Program-made: the position numbers and the translations under genes | Notes under the pieces: model-generated | Databases searched by the model: none | What the model saw: the letters and a program-made list of their open reading frames with translations, nothing else | What the model was told of the DNA's origin: nothing | Source of the DNA: Actinomycetota bacterium | GTDB lineage: Bacteria > Actinomycetota > UBA4738 > HRBIN12 | Direction: 5' to 3' | Assembly: GCA_036505195.1 (NCBI GenBank) | Contig: DASXTX010000006.1 | Span: 11,553 to 75,552, forward strand | DNA: 64,000 nt | Shown: positions 19,908 to 29,650 of the stretch, in pieces | Layout: every line of letters begins with the position of its first letter | Position numbering within the stretch: position 1 is the stretch's first letter

Positions 19908-21028
19908 GGTCGCGCCTTGAGCGTCGTCTCGTAGCGGCCGCCCACGTTGCGGACGAACCCGCGCAGCTCCAGCCGCATCAGGACGCCGACGACGTCGTGG
20001 ATCCCCACCCCGAGCGAGGACGCGAGGCGATCGGGGAGGGTGGGCTCGACGATGCCACCCAGGACCCTGCGCTCGGCGTCGTCGAGGTCCAGGCGCTCGG
20101 CGACCTCGGTCGGCGCGACCTCGACGCCGAGGTCGCCCAGCAGATCCTCGGCGTCGCGGATCAGGGTCGCGCCCTCGCGGATCAGCTGCAGCGGCACCTC
20201 CGACAGAGCGCTCGTGACCGAACCCGCGACGGCGTACACGTCCCGCCCGAACTCCATCGCGTGCTCGGCCGTGATCAACGAGCCGCTCCCCCTCGCGCCT
20301 TCGACAACGACGGTCGCGCAGCACAGCCCCGCCACGATCCGGTTGCGAGCGGGGAAGTGGTGCTGGCTGGGCGGCGTTCCGGGCGCGTACTCGCTCACCA
20401 GCGTTCCCGTATCGCCGATCCGCCGGATCAGGGCTCGGCTCGCCGACGGGTACGCGACGTCCAGCCCCGACCCCAAGACGGCGAGCGTCGGGCCTCGCAC
20501 CGAGAGCGCGCCGTCGTGCGACGCGGCGTCGATGCCGCGGGCTGCTCCGCTCACGACGGTGATCCCAGCGAGCGCCAGCCCGCGCCCGATCGCGTGCGCC
20601 GCCTCCCGTCCCGAGGCGGTGCAGCGCCGGGCGCCGACCGTGGCGACGGCCGAGGTCACGTCGGGCGGCGTCCGACCGATCACGTAGATCGCGCCGGGTG
20701 GATCGGGGATCTGGCGGAGCTGGCTCGGGTAGTGGACCGAGGCCCAGGTGACCAGGCGAGCCCCGCACGCCGTCGCCGCGCCGGAGATCGCGTCCGGGTC
20801 AAGGGCACGCGCGAACGCCTGGTCGTTCTCGCTGCCGCCCCGGCCCTCACGGATCCAGGCCAGGGTCGAGGCCGCCGAGCCACGTTCGATCGCCAGCGCG
20901 ATCAGGCTCCGCGGGGAGATCCCACGCAGCGCGGACAGGACGAACAGCGCTCGTCGGTCCTCATCGTCCGAGCCGTAACCCGGCGGCCACGTGGGCCACG
21001 GGCCACGCGCTCGGTCCTCAGACCGCAC
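19796..21028 (-). CDS. dprA: DNA processing protein DprA/Smf
   Basis: Rossmann core (VSGAARGIDAASHDGAL, VLGSGLDVAYP, FPARNRIVAGL). The 3' end overlaps the convergent MBL gene by 112 nt. Confidence 0.85.
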   Translation of the reverse strand: MRSEDRARGPWPTWPPGYGSDDEDRRALFVLSALRGISPRSLIALAIERGSAASTLAWIREGRGGSENDQAFARALDPDAISGAATACGARLVTWASVHYPSQLRQIPDPPGAIYVIGRTPPDVTSAVATVGARRCTASGREAAHAIGRGLALAGITVVSGAARGIDAASHDGALSVRGPTLAVLGSGLDVAYPSASRALIRRIGDTGTLVSEYAPGTPPSQHHFPARNRIVAGLCCATVVVEGARGSGSLITAEHAMEFGRDVYAVAGSVTSALSEVPLQLIREGATLIRDAEDLLGDLGVEVAPTEVAERLDLDDAERRVLGGIVEPTLPDRLASSLGVGIHDVVGVLMRLELRGFVRNVGGRYETTLKARPHRDAASERSARGTPDRATSRTGTPAPSSRLAAIDER

Positions 21029-22550
21029 GCTCGAGCTCCGGCACCGGCGAGGCCGAGCGGTACGCCAGCGCCTCGACGACGTGTTCGGGTTCGACTCGGT
21101 CCGCCCCCGCGAGGTCCGCGATCGTCCGCGAGACCTTGAGCGTGCGGTCGAACCCGCGACCCGTGAGCGCGTGTAGGTCGACCGCCGACGCGAGGAGGTC
21201 GCGGGCGTCCGCGGAGATCCTCGCCTCGCGCCGCGCGAGGGGACCGGGGAGCTGGCCGTTGTTCGGGAAGCCGAATCGCGCGTAGCGGCGGCGCTGCCGC
21301 GCGCGCGCCTGCTCGACGCGTTCGCGGACCGCCGGCGAGGACTCCCCCGGCTGTTCGCCGAGGAGTTCGCGCTTGGTGAGGCGCGGGATCACGAGCCTGA
21401 TGTCGACGCGGTCCAACAACGGGCCGGTGAGCTTGGCGTGGTACGTCTGCAGACGATCCTCCCGGCACGTGCAACGGCGGACGGCGTCCCCGGCGAACCC
21501 GCACGGGCACGGGTTCGCGGCGGCGACGAGCGTGAACCTCGCCGGGAACACCACCGAGCCCACCATCCGCGTGACGACCACGCGCCCGTCCTCGAGCGGC
21601 TGGCGCAGGCCCTCGATCGCGTCGCGGCGGAACTCCGTGAACTCGTCGAGGAACAGCACCCCGTGGTGCGCCAGCGACACCTCCCCGGGGCGCAGGAACG
21701 CCGTTCCCCCGCCGAGCAGGGCGGAGGGCGACACCGTGTGGTGCGGCGAACGGAACGGCCGAGCGTGGATCAGGCCCCCGTCCAGGAGTCCGGCCACGGA
21801 GTGCAGCTGGGTCACCTCGAGCGACTCGTCCCGCGACATCGTCGGCAAGATCGTGGCGAGCCGGCGCGCGAGCATCGTCTTGCCCGCGCCGGGTGGACCG
21901 ACCATGACGACGTTGTGTCCTCCGGCGGCCGCCACCTCGAGCGCCCGGCGAGCCTGGGCCTGACCTCGGACCTCGGCGAGATCGACCGCGTGCCGCGCGC
22001 CCTCGCGCAGGCCCGTCGCCTCGGGCACGGTCGGCCGCCACGTCCCGCGCAGGAACCCGACCACCTCCCCGAGCGACCCCGCGCCGACGACCTCGAGATC
22101 GTCCACGAGGGCGGCCTCGGCCGCGTTCGACGCCGGGACGACCACGCCTCGCAGTCCCGCGCGCGCGGCGGCGATCGCCACCGACAGCACGCCCGGTGTC
22201 GAGACCAGCCCGCCCTGGAGCGAGAGCTCGCCGACGAACACCCACGCTTCGAGCTCCGCCGAGGGCACCTGCGCGGTGGCCGCGAGCACCCCCATCGCGA
22301 CCGGCAGGTCGAGGCCGGGGCCTTCCTTGCGGAGAGTCCCGGGCGAGAGGTTCACGACGACGCGACGGAGCGGCCACTCCAAGCGCGCGCTCTCGACCGC
22401 CGGTCGGATCCGATCGCGCGCGTCCTGCACGCCCGCGCCGGGCAGCCCGGTCAGGGTGAGCGACGGGAGTCCGCGACCGACGTGCGCCTCGACGGCGACG
22501 AGATGGCCGCGGACGCCGACGACGGTGACGCCGTTGACGCGTCCGTACAC
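21018..22550 (-). CDS. comM: YifB/ComM Mg-chelatase-like ATPase
   Basis: Lon-like N-domain, Walker A (GPPGAGKT), and LFLDEF. In the typical position beside dprA and yraN. Confidence 0.88.
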   Translation of the reverse strand: MYGRVNGVTVVGVRGHLVAVEAHVGRGLPSLTLTGLPGAGVQDARDRIRPAVESARLEWPLRRVVVNLSPGTLRKEGPGLDLPVAMGVLAATAQVPSAELEAWVFVGELSLQGGLVSTPGVLSVAIAAARAGLRGVVVPASNAAEAALVDDLEVVGAGSLGEVVGFLRGTWRPTVPEATGLREGARHAVDLAEVRGQAQARRALEVAAAGGHNVVMVGPPGAGKTMLARRLATILPTMSRDESLEVTQLHSVAGLLDGGLIHARPFRSPHHTVSPSALLGGGTAFLRPGEVSLAHHGVLFLDEFTEFRRDAIEGLRQPLEDGRVVVTRMVGSVVFPARFTLVAAANPCPCGFAGDAVRRCTCREDRLQTYHAKLTGPLLDRVDIRLVIPRLTKRELLGEQPGESSPAVRERVEQARARQRRRYARFGFPNNGQLPGPLARREARISADARDLLASAVDLHALTGRGFDRTLKVSRTIADLAGADRVEPEHVVEALAYRSASPVPELERAV

Positions 22551-22582
22551 GGTCGGCCGACCCTAGCGGGACCCACCGACAC

Positions 22583-22951
22583 CTAGAACGCGTCCTCGAA
22601 GATCTCGACGTCCGCGCCGCGCGGACCGAGCCAGACGCTCGCGACGTCGAAGCGCACCCGCGCGTGCTCGAACGCGTTCCGTTGCAGGAACGCGTCCGCG
22701 AGCGTCCGTACCTTCTTGCGCTTGGCCCACGTCACCGCCTCGTAGCCGCCGCCGAACGCGGGCCCCGAGCGCGCCTTCACCTCGCAGACGACCAGCAGGT
22801 CGCGGCGCACGATGATCAGGTCGAGCTCGCCCAGGCTGCAGCGCCAGTTGCGCGCGACCAGCGCGAACCCCCGTCGCTCGTAGACGCGGAGCGTTGCGTC
22901 CTCGCCCGTGCGACCGCGTTCGGAGCGCCGGTCGGTCCTCGATCCGCCCAC
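22583..22951 (-). CDS. yraN: YraN-family (UPF0102) endonuclease-like protein
   Basis: RNWRCSLGELDLI...VCEVKAR motif of the family. Confidence 0.8.
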   Translation of the reverse strand: MGGSRTDRRSERGRTGEDATLRVYERRGFALVARNWRCSLGELDLIIVRRDLLVVCEVKARSGPAFGGGYEAVTWAKRKKVRTLADAFLQRNAFEHARVRFDVASVWLGPRGADVEIFEDAF

Positions 22952-23000
22952 CCGGCGACGCTAGACCGCGTCGCCGACATGCCGACGCCGACCCCCCCGA

Positions 23001-23034
23001 CCCGGAGGGCCCGGCCGAGGCCGGGCCCTCCGGG
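23001..23034 (-). terminator. GC-rich hairpin downstream of the S8 peptidase gene
   Basis: Perfect 16-bp inverted repeat CCCGGAGGGCCCGGCC-GA-GGCCGGGCCCTCCGGG, 16 nt after the stop at 23050. A second 8-bp hairpin lies at 22954-22975. Confidence 0.6.
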
Positions 23035-23049
23035 TCGTCGTCCGAACGG

Positions 23050-26000
23050 CTAGGGACCGACGTGGATGGTCGAGCGTGCGGACGTGGTTCCGGACGTCAG
23101 GTTCGACGTCATCCTGGCCGTGAGTACGTAGTCGCCCGCCAACTTGCCCAGTGCATCGAAGGTGATCACGACCTTGCCACCGGGCGTCGGCCCCGAGATC
23201 GCGATCACGAACTCGTTCCCGTCGTCGGGCAGCGGGCTGATGTTGATGCCGCTGGATCCATCGCGGTTCTCGGCGCCGGCATTCAGACCGTCCGCCGCGC
23301 CGGTACCGACGACCCCGTAGCCCATCGAGACGTCCTCGTCCGGGTGAGCGTCCCCGTTCACCCCGATCCAGATCTGGAAGTCGTGGGCGTTGCCGGGGGC
23401 CTGTCCGAACGTCGGCACGTCCTCCCAGTCCACGACGATCCAGCAGTCGTTGACGACACAGCCCCCGGCTCCGCTCGCGAGGACGGTGATCCGGGCACCG
23501 CAGTTGGGCAGGCCCGGTGCCGCACATCCGCCCGCCGCGGCGAGGTTCAGATCCGTCCACCAGGGAGCGATGACGTTGTTCGGCCTTGCCGGGTTCGGCA
23601 GGGTCTGCGGAACGAACGAGTTGTCCCCGGCGGAGCCACCGCCGATGATCACGTACCCGTTCGAGTCCACGCCGATCCTCGTGTACGTCTCACGACCCCA
23701 CGGGAACGCCGGCACGTTGAAGTTCGTGATCGTCTCATCGCCCATCCCGGCGATCGGCGCGACCCCGAAGAGCCGGAGGGGGAGGTAGCCGCCGGCGGGC
23801 GTCCCACCCGGGGTGAGCGTGATCGCATCGATCGTCGGCGCGATCGACCCGTCCAGCGTCCCGCGCCAGGTGTAGCCGTTGACGCCGCTCACCTCGAGGC
23901 TCGTGGTCGACGCCCGGTCCAGCGTCACCTGCTCGTTGTTCAGCGGCAGGTTCGACGCGCTCGGGGTCATCTCCGTGATCGTGGTGTCGGCATCGGACGG
24001 CGAGAGGTTCTGCGCCGTCACGGTGCACGTGCTCGAGGCGTTCACGGCGATCGATGCAGGCGTGCAGCTCTGCGTCAGCGTCACGTCCCCCTGCCGGGCG
24101 AAGAACGCCACCGGAAGGTAGATGTCGTTGGCGCCGGCCGCCTTCGGATCGAGCTTGATCGACCCGAAGTACTGCGTGTTCGGGGCGAGGCCCTCGCCCG
24201 TGATCGTGAACACGAGCGTCTTGGTCTGACCCGGGTCCATCCCGAACTTCGATTGGTTCACGGAGATCGACGCCCCCGGCGGAGCGGACGTCGTGACCGT
24301 CAGCTGCTGCGAACTCCCGCTCACGTTCGTGAACGACCGCGTCGTCGAGACGCTCCCGCTGAACGTCGGCACGTTGATGCTCGGAAGGTTCGCGTCGATC
24401 CGGTGGATCGGATCCGAACCGAGCGACGCGTAGTCGGCCGCCGTCTCGTCGAACACGACGACCGGGGCGACCGCCCGGTCCGCTCGGATCGAGCCTGCCC
24501 CGGTGTTGAACGGATCGGCCGGCGTGACGCCGTCGGGCTGGAGCACGCTCTGCAGCGAGGACGTCATCATCGCCGACTTGATCTGCCCGGGGGTCCAGCT
24601 CGGGTGGGCGGCCTTGACGAGGGCCGCGACCCCCGTCGCGTGGGGCGCCGACATCGACGTGCCCGCGATCGCCATGAAGTCGTCGCCGGGTGGGCCGCTC
24701 GGGATCGCGACCGAGGTCGGATGCGGGCTCCTGCCGGCGAGGATCTCGATGCCCGGAGCCGTGATGTCCGGCTTGATCCAGTCGCCGAGCGGTCCGCGAG
24801 ACGAGAACGTCGTCATGATGTCCGGCGTCTGCGCGGTGCGCTCTCCGGTCGTGAACGTCGCCGTGACGTCCGGGTGAGCCGCCACGAAGCCCCGGACGTC
24901 GTCGCCCGGCTGGTCCTCTCCCTGCCACGTGCCGTCGTCGAGCATGATCGCCGGCAGCCAATGCAGGTCGGTGAACAGGTCCTGGTGGCCGACGTTGGCC
25001 AGGATCATGCCGGCGGCGTTGCCCTGGAGAGCCCGGAAGCCCGAGTCCGCTCGTCCCGCGGGGTTCCCCCGGTCGCACAGCACGATCTTCCCGAGGAGCG
25101 AACCTGCGGGGAAGTTGGCGCTGCAGGTGAGGCTGGTGTACCCGGGGACGCTGGTCGGAAGCACGACCGGCGTCGGCGTCTCGATGCCCGGCGTGATCGT
25201 CGTCCCGACGACGTCGAGCGAGACCGCGTCGGCGGCGGACTCGAGGTGGAGCGAGCCCTGATAGATCCGCGCGGGGTACGAGGCGCCCACGGTGTTCGTC
25301 CACGCGCCCGCGTGGTCGGCGGTCGCCGCTCCCGGACCGGAGTTGCCGGCCGAGGCGTTGACCAGGATCCCCGCGCCGTACGCGCTCAGGAAGGCCTGTT
25401 CGACGGCGTCCGAAAACGCGTTCGCGCCACCGCTGATCGAGAAGTTGAGGACGTCGACACCGTCCGCGATCGCCTGGTTGACGGCCGCGACGCTGTCGGA
25501 CTGGAAGCACCCACGGTTCAGGCACACCCGGTACGCGATCGCCCAGGCGCCCGGCGCCATGCCGCTCGTCGGGCCTCGATCGATGCCGAGCATCGGCGCG
25601 CTGTCGACGAAGTCGCCGGCGGATGTGGTGAGCGTGTGGGTCCCGTGCCCGTCGGCGTCGCGCGCCGAACACAGCCACGGACCCGAACCCGGCGTGTTGA
25701 GGCAGTACTCGTCGGGCTGGGGGACGAACACGGTCGTGTAGGTGTCCGTGAACGCGTAGGCGCCGACGAGCTTGTGGTTGCACGTGAACGGCGTGTCGTT
25801 CGCCTGGCCCGAGACGCCGAACTGACACCCGTACGACTGGGGCGGTGCCGGCAGTCCCTTGTCCTCGAGCATCGGGCTCTCGGGCCACACGCCCGTGTCG
25901 ATGTTCGCCACCAGGACGCCCTCACCCGCGTGATCCGTGCCCCCCAGGGAGGGCCACACGGCCGAGGCTCCGATGGACTCGAACGGCTCTTGCACCGCGA

Positions 26001-26532
26001 GCGGCTGTTCGAGCTGGTCGCGCTGGACGGCCGCCACGCCCGGTGTCTCGAGCAGCTCGCCCACCTGGTTCGCCGGCAGACGCAGCGCGAGGCCGCCGTA
26101 GGCGAGCCGGAACGACTGTCCGATCTGCGCGCCGGGGACGTGTGCCCGGATCGCGCGCGTGGCTCGGGCCTCGAAGCCGTCGATGTACGACTGGTACTTC
26201 GCGACGGCCGCAGCGTTGCGGTCGAGCGAGCGACCGGTGATGCTGGGGCTGGTCGCCTTGAGCCTGGCCAGGCCGCCCGCGTAGACGGCGGCGGGATCGT
26301 AGTCGAGCTTGACGATGACGTTGATGAGCTCGGAGCTCGCCTTGCCCAGGAGCGACGGATCGGTCTCGGCGAGCCGTCCCGTCAGCGACTTGGCGACGTC
26401 GACCTGATCCACCTGTTCGACGGCGCCGGTGACCTGGAACCCCTCCGTGCCGGGCTGCGCGGACACCGTCGTGGCACCCGTCACGATTAGCAGGCCCAGC
26501 GCGAACACGCCCGCCAACACCCGATGCCTCAT
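23050..26532 (-). CDS. large secreted S8 (subtilisin-like) serine peptidase
   Basis: Asp/His/Ser triad contexts (VANIDTGVW, HGTHTLTTSAG, GTSMSAPHATGVAALV). Signal peptide after ATG 26532, with GGAGAGAGG SD. Long C-terminal beta-rich region. Confidence 0.88.
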   Translation of the reverse strand: MRHRVLAGVFALGLLIVTGATTVSAQPGTEGFQVTGAVEQVDQVDVAKSLTGRLAETDPSLLGKASSELINVIVKLDYDPAAVYAGGLARLKATSPSITGRSLDRNAAAVAKYQSYIDGFEARATRAIRAHVPGAQIGQSFRLAYGGLALRLPANQVGELLETPGVAAVQRDQLEQPLAVQEPFESIGASAVWPSLGGTDHAGEGVLVANIDTGVWPESPMLEDKGLPAPPQSYGCQFGVSGQANDTPFTCNHKLVGAYAFTDTYTTVFVPQPDEYCLNTPGSGPWLCSARDADGHGTHTLTTSAGDFVDSAPMLGIDRGPTSGMAPGAWAIAYRVCLNRGCFQSDSVAAVNQAIADGVDVLNFSISGGANAFSDAVEQAFLSAYGAGILVNASAGNSGPGAATADHAGAWTNTVGASYPARIYQGSLHLESAADAVSLDVVGTTITPGIETPTPVVLPTSVPGYTSLTCSANFPAGSLLGKIVLCDRGNPAGRADSGFRALQGNAAGMILANVGHQDLFTDLHWLPAIMLDDGTWQGEDQPGDDVRGFVAAHPDVTATFTTGERTAQTPDIMTTFSSRGPLGDWIKPDITAPGIEILAGRSPHPTSVAIPSGPPGDDFMAIAGTSMSAPHATGVAALVKAAHPSWTPGQIKSAMMTSSLQSVLQPDGVTPADPFNTGAGSIRADRAVAPVVVFDETAADYASLGSDPIHRIDANLPSINVPTFSGSVSTTRSFTNVSGSSQQLTVTTSAPPGASISVNQSKFGMDPGQTKTLVFTITGEGLAPNTQYFGSIKLDPKAAGANDIYLPVAFFARQGDVTLTQSCTPASIAVNASSTCTVTAQNLSPSDADTTITEMTPSASNLPLNNEQVTLDRASTTSLEVSGVNGYTWRGTLDGSIAPTIDAITLTPGGTPAGGYLPLRLFGVAPIAGMGDETITNFNVPAFPWGRETYTRIGVDSNGYVIIGGGSAGDNSFVPQTLPNPARPNNVIAPWWTDLNLAAAGGCAAPGLPNCGARITVLASGAGGCVVNDCWIVVDWEDVPTFGQAPGNAHDFQIWIGVNGDAHPDEDVSMGYGVVGTGAADGLNAGAENRDGSSGINISPLPDDGNEFVIAISGPTPGGKVVITFDALGKLAGDYVLTARMTSNLTSGTTSARSTIHVGP

Positions 26533-26643
26533 GCCGTCCACCTCTCTCCGGGTCGTTGGGACCAGCCTCACACGGAAGGGCACGTTCCCGCATGTCTGAT
26601 CGATGCAGTAGGTCGGTTCGGCGATTGCGGGAGGTTCGGGTCG

Positions 26644-26949
26644 TCAGTCGGGGAGCTGCATCGTGTCCTCCTGACGCAGCTCCTCCACGTTCACGTCGTG
26701 GCGGGTCAGCACCCGCACGTTCGACACGAGGCGGGCCGGCCGCCACATGTCCCACACCCAGGCGTCGCCGAGCACGACCTCGACCCAGCCGTCCTCGCGC
26801 TGGTTCAGCTCGACCGTGTTCGCCAGGTAGAAGCGCCGCTCTGTCTCCACGACGTAGGCGAACATCGGCACGATGTCGCGGTACTCGCGGAGCAGCTCGA
26901 GCTCGCGCTGCTCCTCGAACCGCTCGATGTCGTCTTCTTCGGGGTTCAC
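26644..26949 (-). CDS. DUF2469-family protein (Rv2901c-like)
   Basis: YVVETERRFYLAN and DAWVWDMWRPARLV match my recollection of the actinobacterial family encoded next to rnhB/lepB. Confidence 0.75.
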   Translation of the reverse strand: MNPEEDDIERFEEQRELELLREYRDIVPMFAYVVETERRFYLANTVELNQREDGWVEVVLGDAWVWDMWRPARLVSNVRVLTRHDVNVEELRQEDTMQLPD

Positions 26950-27590
26950 GGCTCCTCCACCCTATCGCCGTCGTAGTAACCGGTCCGCAGGCCCTTGAAC
27001 GAGTACCGGTGGATCGGAGAGGGTCCGTGCCGCCTGATCGCGTCCCGGTGCTCGTCCGTCCCGTACCCCCGGTTGTGGTCGAACCCGTAGGCGGGGAACC
27101 TGCGGTGGTAGCGGTCCATCATCCGGTCCCGGGTCACCTTGGCCACGATCGACGCGGCCGCGACCGACGCGGTCACCGCGTCCCCCTTCTTGATCGACAG
27201 GTTCGGGATCCCGAGCCGCTTCACCGGGAAGCCGTCGGTCAGGACGTAGTCGGGTGCGACGGGCAGGGTGGTGATGCACCGACGGAGCAGCCAGACGTTG
27301 GTCTTGTGCAGGCCCCGGCGATCGATCCGCGTCGGCGTGCACCGGCACACGGAACGAGCGACGGCGTGGCGCACGATACGCTCGAAGGCCGCGTCACGCT
27401 GGAGCGCGGTCAGCACCTTCGAGTCGTTGATCCCCTCCAGGTCGAAGTCCGCGGGCAGGATCACGGCCGCGGCCACGAGCGGCCCGGCGAGGGCCCCGCG
27501 CCCGGCCTCGTCGACGCCGGCGATCAGGCGGAAGCCCTGCGCCCGCAGACCGCGCTCGTAGCGCCCGAGGTCCAGGACTAGTGGATCCAC
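26946..27590 (-). CDS. rnhB: ribonuclease HII
   Basis: GVDEAGRGALAGPLVAAAV catalytic motif, DSK, and AASIVAKV. Start (GTG 27590) is uncertain and would overlap the lepB end by 13 nt. Confidence 0.85.
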   Translation of the reverse strand: MDPLVLDLGRYERGLRAQGFRLIAGVDEAGRGALAGPLVAAAVILPADFDLEGINDSKVLTALQRDAAFERIVRHAVARSVCRCTPTRIDRRGLHKTNVWLLRRCITTLPVAPDYVLTDGFPVKRLGIPNLSIKKGDAVTASVAAASIVAKVTRDRMMDRYHRRFPAYGFDHNRGYGTDEHRDAIRRHGPSPIHRYSFKGLRTGYYDGDRVEEP

Positions 27591-28237
27591 CCGACCCTCG
27601 ACGGTGGCCACACGATCGCGAACGCTCTCCCCACCACCTTGTCGACCGGGGCGAACCCAAGGCCGAACCGCGAATCGTTCGAGTTCAACCGGTTGTCGCC
27701 CAGGACGAAGAGCGCGCCTTCCGGAACCTTCACCGGGCCGTAGTCCCTCGTGTCGACCGCCCCCTTCAGGTAGGGCTCGCGGATCCGGACCCCGTCGACG
27801 AACAGTCTCCCGTCCCGCAGCTCGACCGTCTCGCCCGGGAGCCCAATCACCCGTTTGATGAAGTCCTCGTGCTCGGGCCGTTCGATGCCGAGCGTGCTCG
27901 ACAACCAGTGGACGAATCCGCCGACGATGCCGCGATCCGGGCCGGGGCGCCCCTGCGGGTCCGAGAACACGATGACGTCGCCGCGATCGGGACCGTACAC
28001 CACCTTCTGGACGAGCACGCGGTCCCCCGGCTCCAGGGTGGGCTCCATCGAGCTCGAGGGGATGAAGAAGGCCTGGACGACGAAGGTCTTGAGGACGATC
28101 GCGACCGCCAGCGCCACGATGAACAGGATCGGGAGCTCGCGCAGGAACGACCTGCGTTCCTCCTGGTCGGCGGGCCGAGGCTCCGAGAGCGTGAACCCGC
28201 CGGCCGGCTCCTCGGAGCCCGACAGGCGCTCGGTCAC
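27578..28237 (-). CDS. lepB: signal peptidase I
   Basis: SSSMEPTL catalytic Ser box, GDNRLNSNDSR box, and an N-terminal TM helix. Confidence 0.9.
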   Translation of the reverse strand: MTERLSGSEEPAGGFTLSEPRPADQEERRSFLRELPILFIVALAVAIVLKTFVVQAFFIPSSSMEPTLEPGDRVLVQKVVYGPDRGDVIVFSDPQGRPGPDRGIVGGFVHWLSSTLGIERPEHEDFIKRVIGLPGETVELRDGRLFVDGVRIREPYLKGAVDTRDYGPVKVPEGALFVLGDNRLNSNDSRFGLGFAPVDKVVGRAFAIVWPPSRVGWIH

Positions 28238-28240
28238 CGA

Positions 28241-28831
28241 CTAGCCCTGGATCTCTGCCTCGGAGGGCTCGGTCTGGGCCACCCCGTCGTCCGACGCCTC
28301 GGCCGCGGGTACCGCGTCCGACGTGTCGGCGTCTGCAGCTTGGGTCCCGGCCGACTCGGCGTCCGTGATCTCGGTCGCGTCGGCGGTCTCCTCGGCCCCT
28401 TCGACGGATCCGTCGTCGGCGGCAGCGGCGGAGCCTGCTGCGGCCCGTTCGGCCTCGGCAGCGGCGATCGCCGCGAGCTCCTCGTCGCCGAGCCGGCGCT
28501 CGCGGATCCGCGCCTTCTTGCCGCGGCGCTCGCGAAGGTAGTAGAGCTTGGCTCGGCGTACGTGGCCACGCGAGACGACCTCGAGCTTGCCGATCGACGG
28601 CGAGTGGAGAGGGAACGTCCGCTCCACGCCCACGCCGAACGAGATCTTCCGGACGGTGAACGTCTCCTGGAGGCCGCCTCCCTGACGCCGGATCACGACA
28701 CCCTGGAAGACCTGGATGCGCTCGCGGCCCGCCTCGACCACCCGGACGTGCACCTTCACGGTGTCGCCCGGCCGGAACTCGGGCAGATCCGTGCGGAGAT
28801 AGGGGGCGTCGACGAGATCGGTCTTGTTCAT
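28241..28831 (-). CDS. rplS: 50S ribosomal protein L19 with ~80-aa acidic Ala-rich C-terminal tail
   Basis: The first ~115 aa are L19-like ([38 protein letters not shown]). The remainder is A/E/D/T-rich low complexity. Confidence 0.9.
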   Translation of the reverse strand: MNKTDLVDAPYLRTDLPEFRPGDTVKVHVRVVEAGRERIQVFQGVVIRRQGGGLQETFTVRKISFGVGVERTFPLHSPSIGKLEVVSRGHVRRAKLYYLRERRGKKARIRERRLGDEELAAIAAAEAERAAAGSAAAADDGSVEGAEETADATEITDAESAGTQAADADTSDAVPAAEASDDGVAQTEPSEAEIQG

Positions 28832-28856
28832 GGCGGGAGGCCCATGGTAACAGGGG

Positions 28857-28939
28857 GTGCGGGAGCTCAGGGAGCGAGCGCGCTCCGCGGGTGCGGGAGC
28901 TCACGGAGCGAGCGCGCTCCGCGCGAGCGGCGGCCCCGG
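28857..28939. repeat. REP-like repeat, locus D: two tandem copies in inverted orientation (trmD-rplS spacer)
   Basis: GTGCGGGAGCTCA(G/C)GGAGCGAGCGCGCTCCGCG occurs at 28857 and 28891 (34-bp period). Its reverse complement, GCGCTCGCTCC(C/G)TGAGCTCCC, matches the core of copies A and B. Confidence 0.7.
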
Positions 28940-28966
28940 AGGAACGGGCGCGACGGTACGCGTCGG

Positions 28967-29641
28967 TCAGCGTTCGAGCAGGTCGGGGCGGTTGCGGCGG
29001 GTCTTCTCGAGGGCGGCCTCGCGACGCCAGCGATCGATCTCGGCGTGGTTGCCCGAGAGCAGCGTCTCGGGGACCCGCATCCCGCGGAACTCCGCCGGGC
29101 GCGTGTAGTGAGGGTGGTCCAGGATCCCCTCGTCGCCGAACGAATCCTGCTCGTGGGACTCCTCGCGACCGATGACGCCGGGCACGAGCCGCGTCACCGC
29201 CTCGAGCACGACCAGGGCAGGGACCTCCCCGCCCGCGACGACGTAGTCGCCGATCGAGACCTCCTCGGCCGGCACGCCCTCGACGACGCGCTCGTCGACG
29301 CCCTCGTAGCGCCCGCAGATGAGCACGAGCCAGGGTTCGGCGGCCAGCTCACGCGCGAGGGCCTGATCCAGCCTGCGTCCGGCCGGGGAGAGCACGAGCG
29401 TGCGTCGGTCGCCCGAACCGAGCGACTCGATCGCCGCGAACACCGGCTCGGGCTTCAGCACCATCCCCGGCCCGCCGCCGTACGACTCGTCGTCCACCTG
29501 GCGATGCTTGTCGGACGTGCTGTCACGCAGGTCGTGCACCCGCACGTCCAGGAAACCGGCCTCGATCGCCCGCCCGAGCAGGCTCTCGCGCAGCGGGCTC
29601 TCGAAGATGCCGGGGAAGATCGTGACGACGTCGATCCGCAC
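28967..29641 (-). CDS. trmD: tRNA (guanine37-N1)-methyltransferase
   Basis: Full-length TrmD-like sequence (MRIDVVTIFP, CGRYEGVDERV, SIGDYVVAGGE). Confidence 0.9.
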   Translation of the reverse strand: MRIDVVTIFPGIFESPLRESLLGRAIEAGFLDVRVHDLRDSTSDKHRQVDDESYGGGPGMVLKPEPVFAAIESLGSGDRRTLVLSPAGRRLDQALARELAAEPWLVLICGRYEGVDERVVEGVPAEEVSIGDYVVAGGEVPALVVLEAVTRLVPGVIGREESHEQDSFGDEGILDHPHYTRPAEFRGMRVPETLLSGNHAEIDRWRREAALEKTRRNRPDLLER

Positions 29642-29650
29642 GACCGCAGG

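Noticed and set aside
22894-26490. 1198-aa plus-strand ORF.
   Set aside because: It is exactly antisense to the S8 peptidase gene. It is Arg/Gly/Asp/Pro-rich with no recognisable motif, which is a typical shadow ORF of high-GC DNA.
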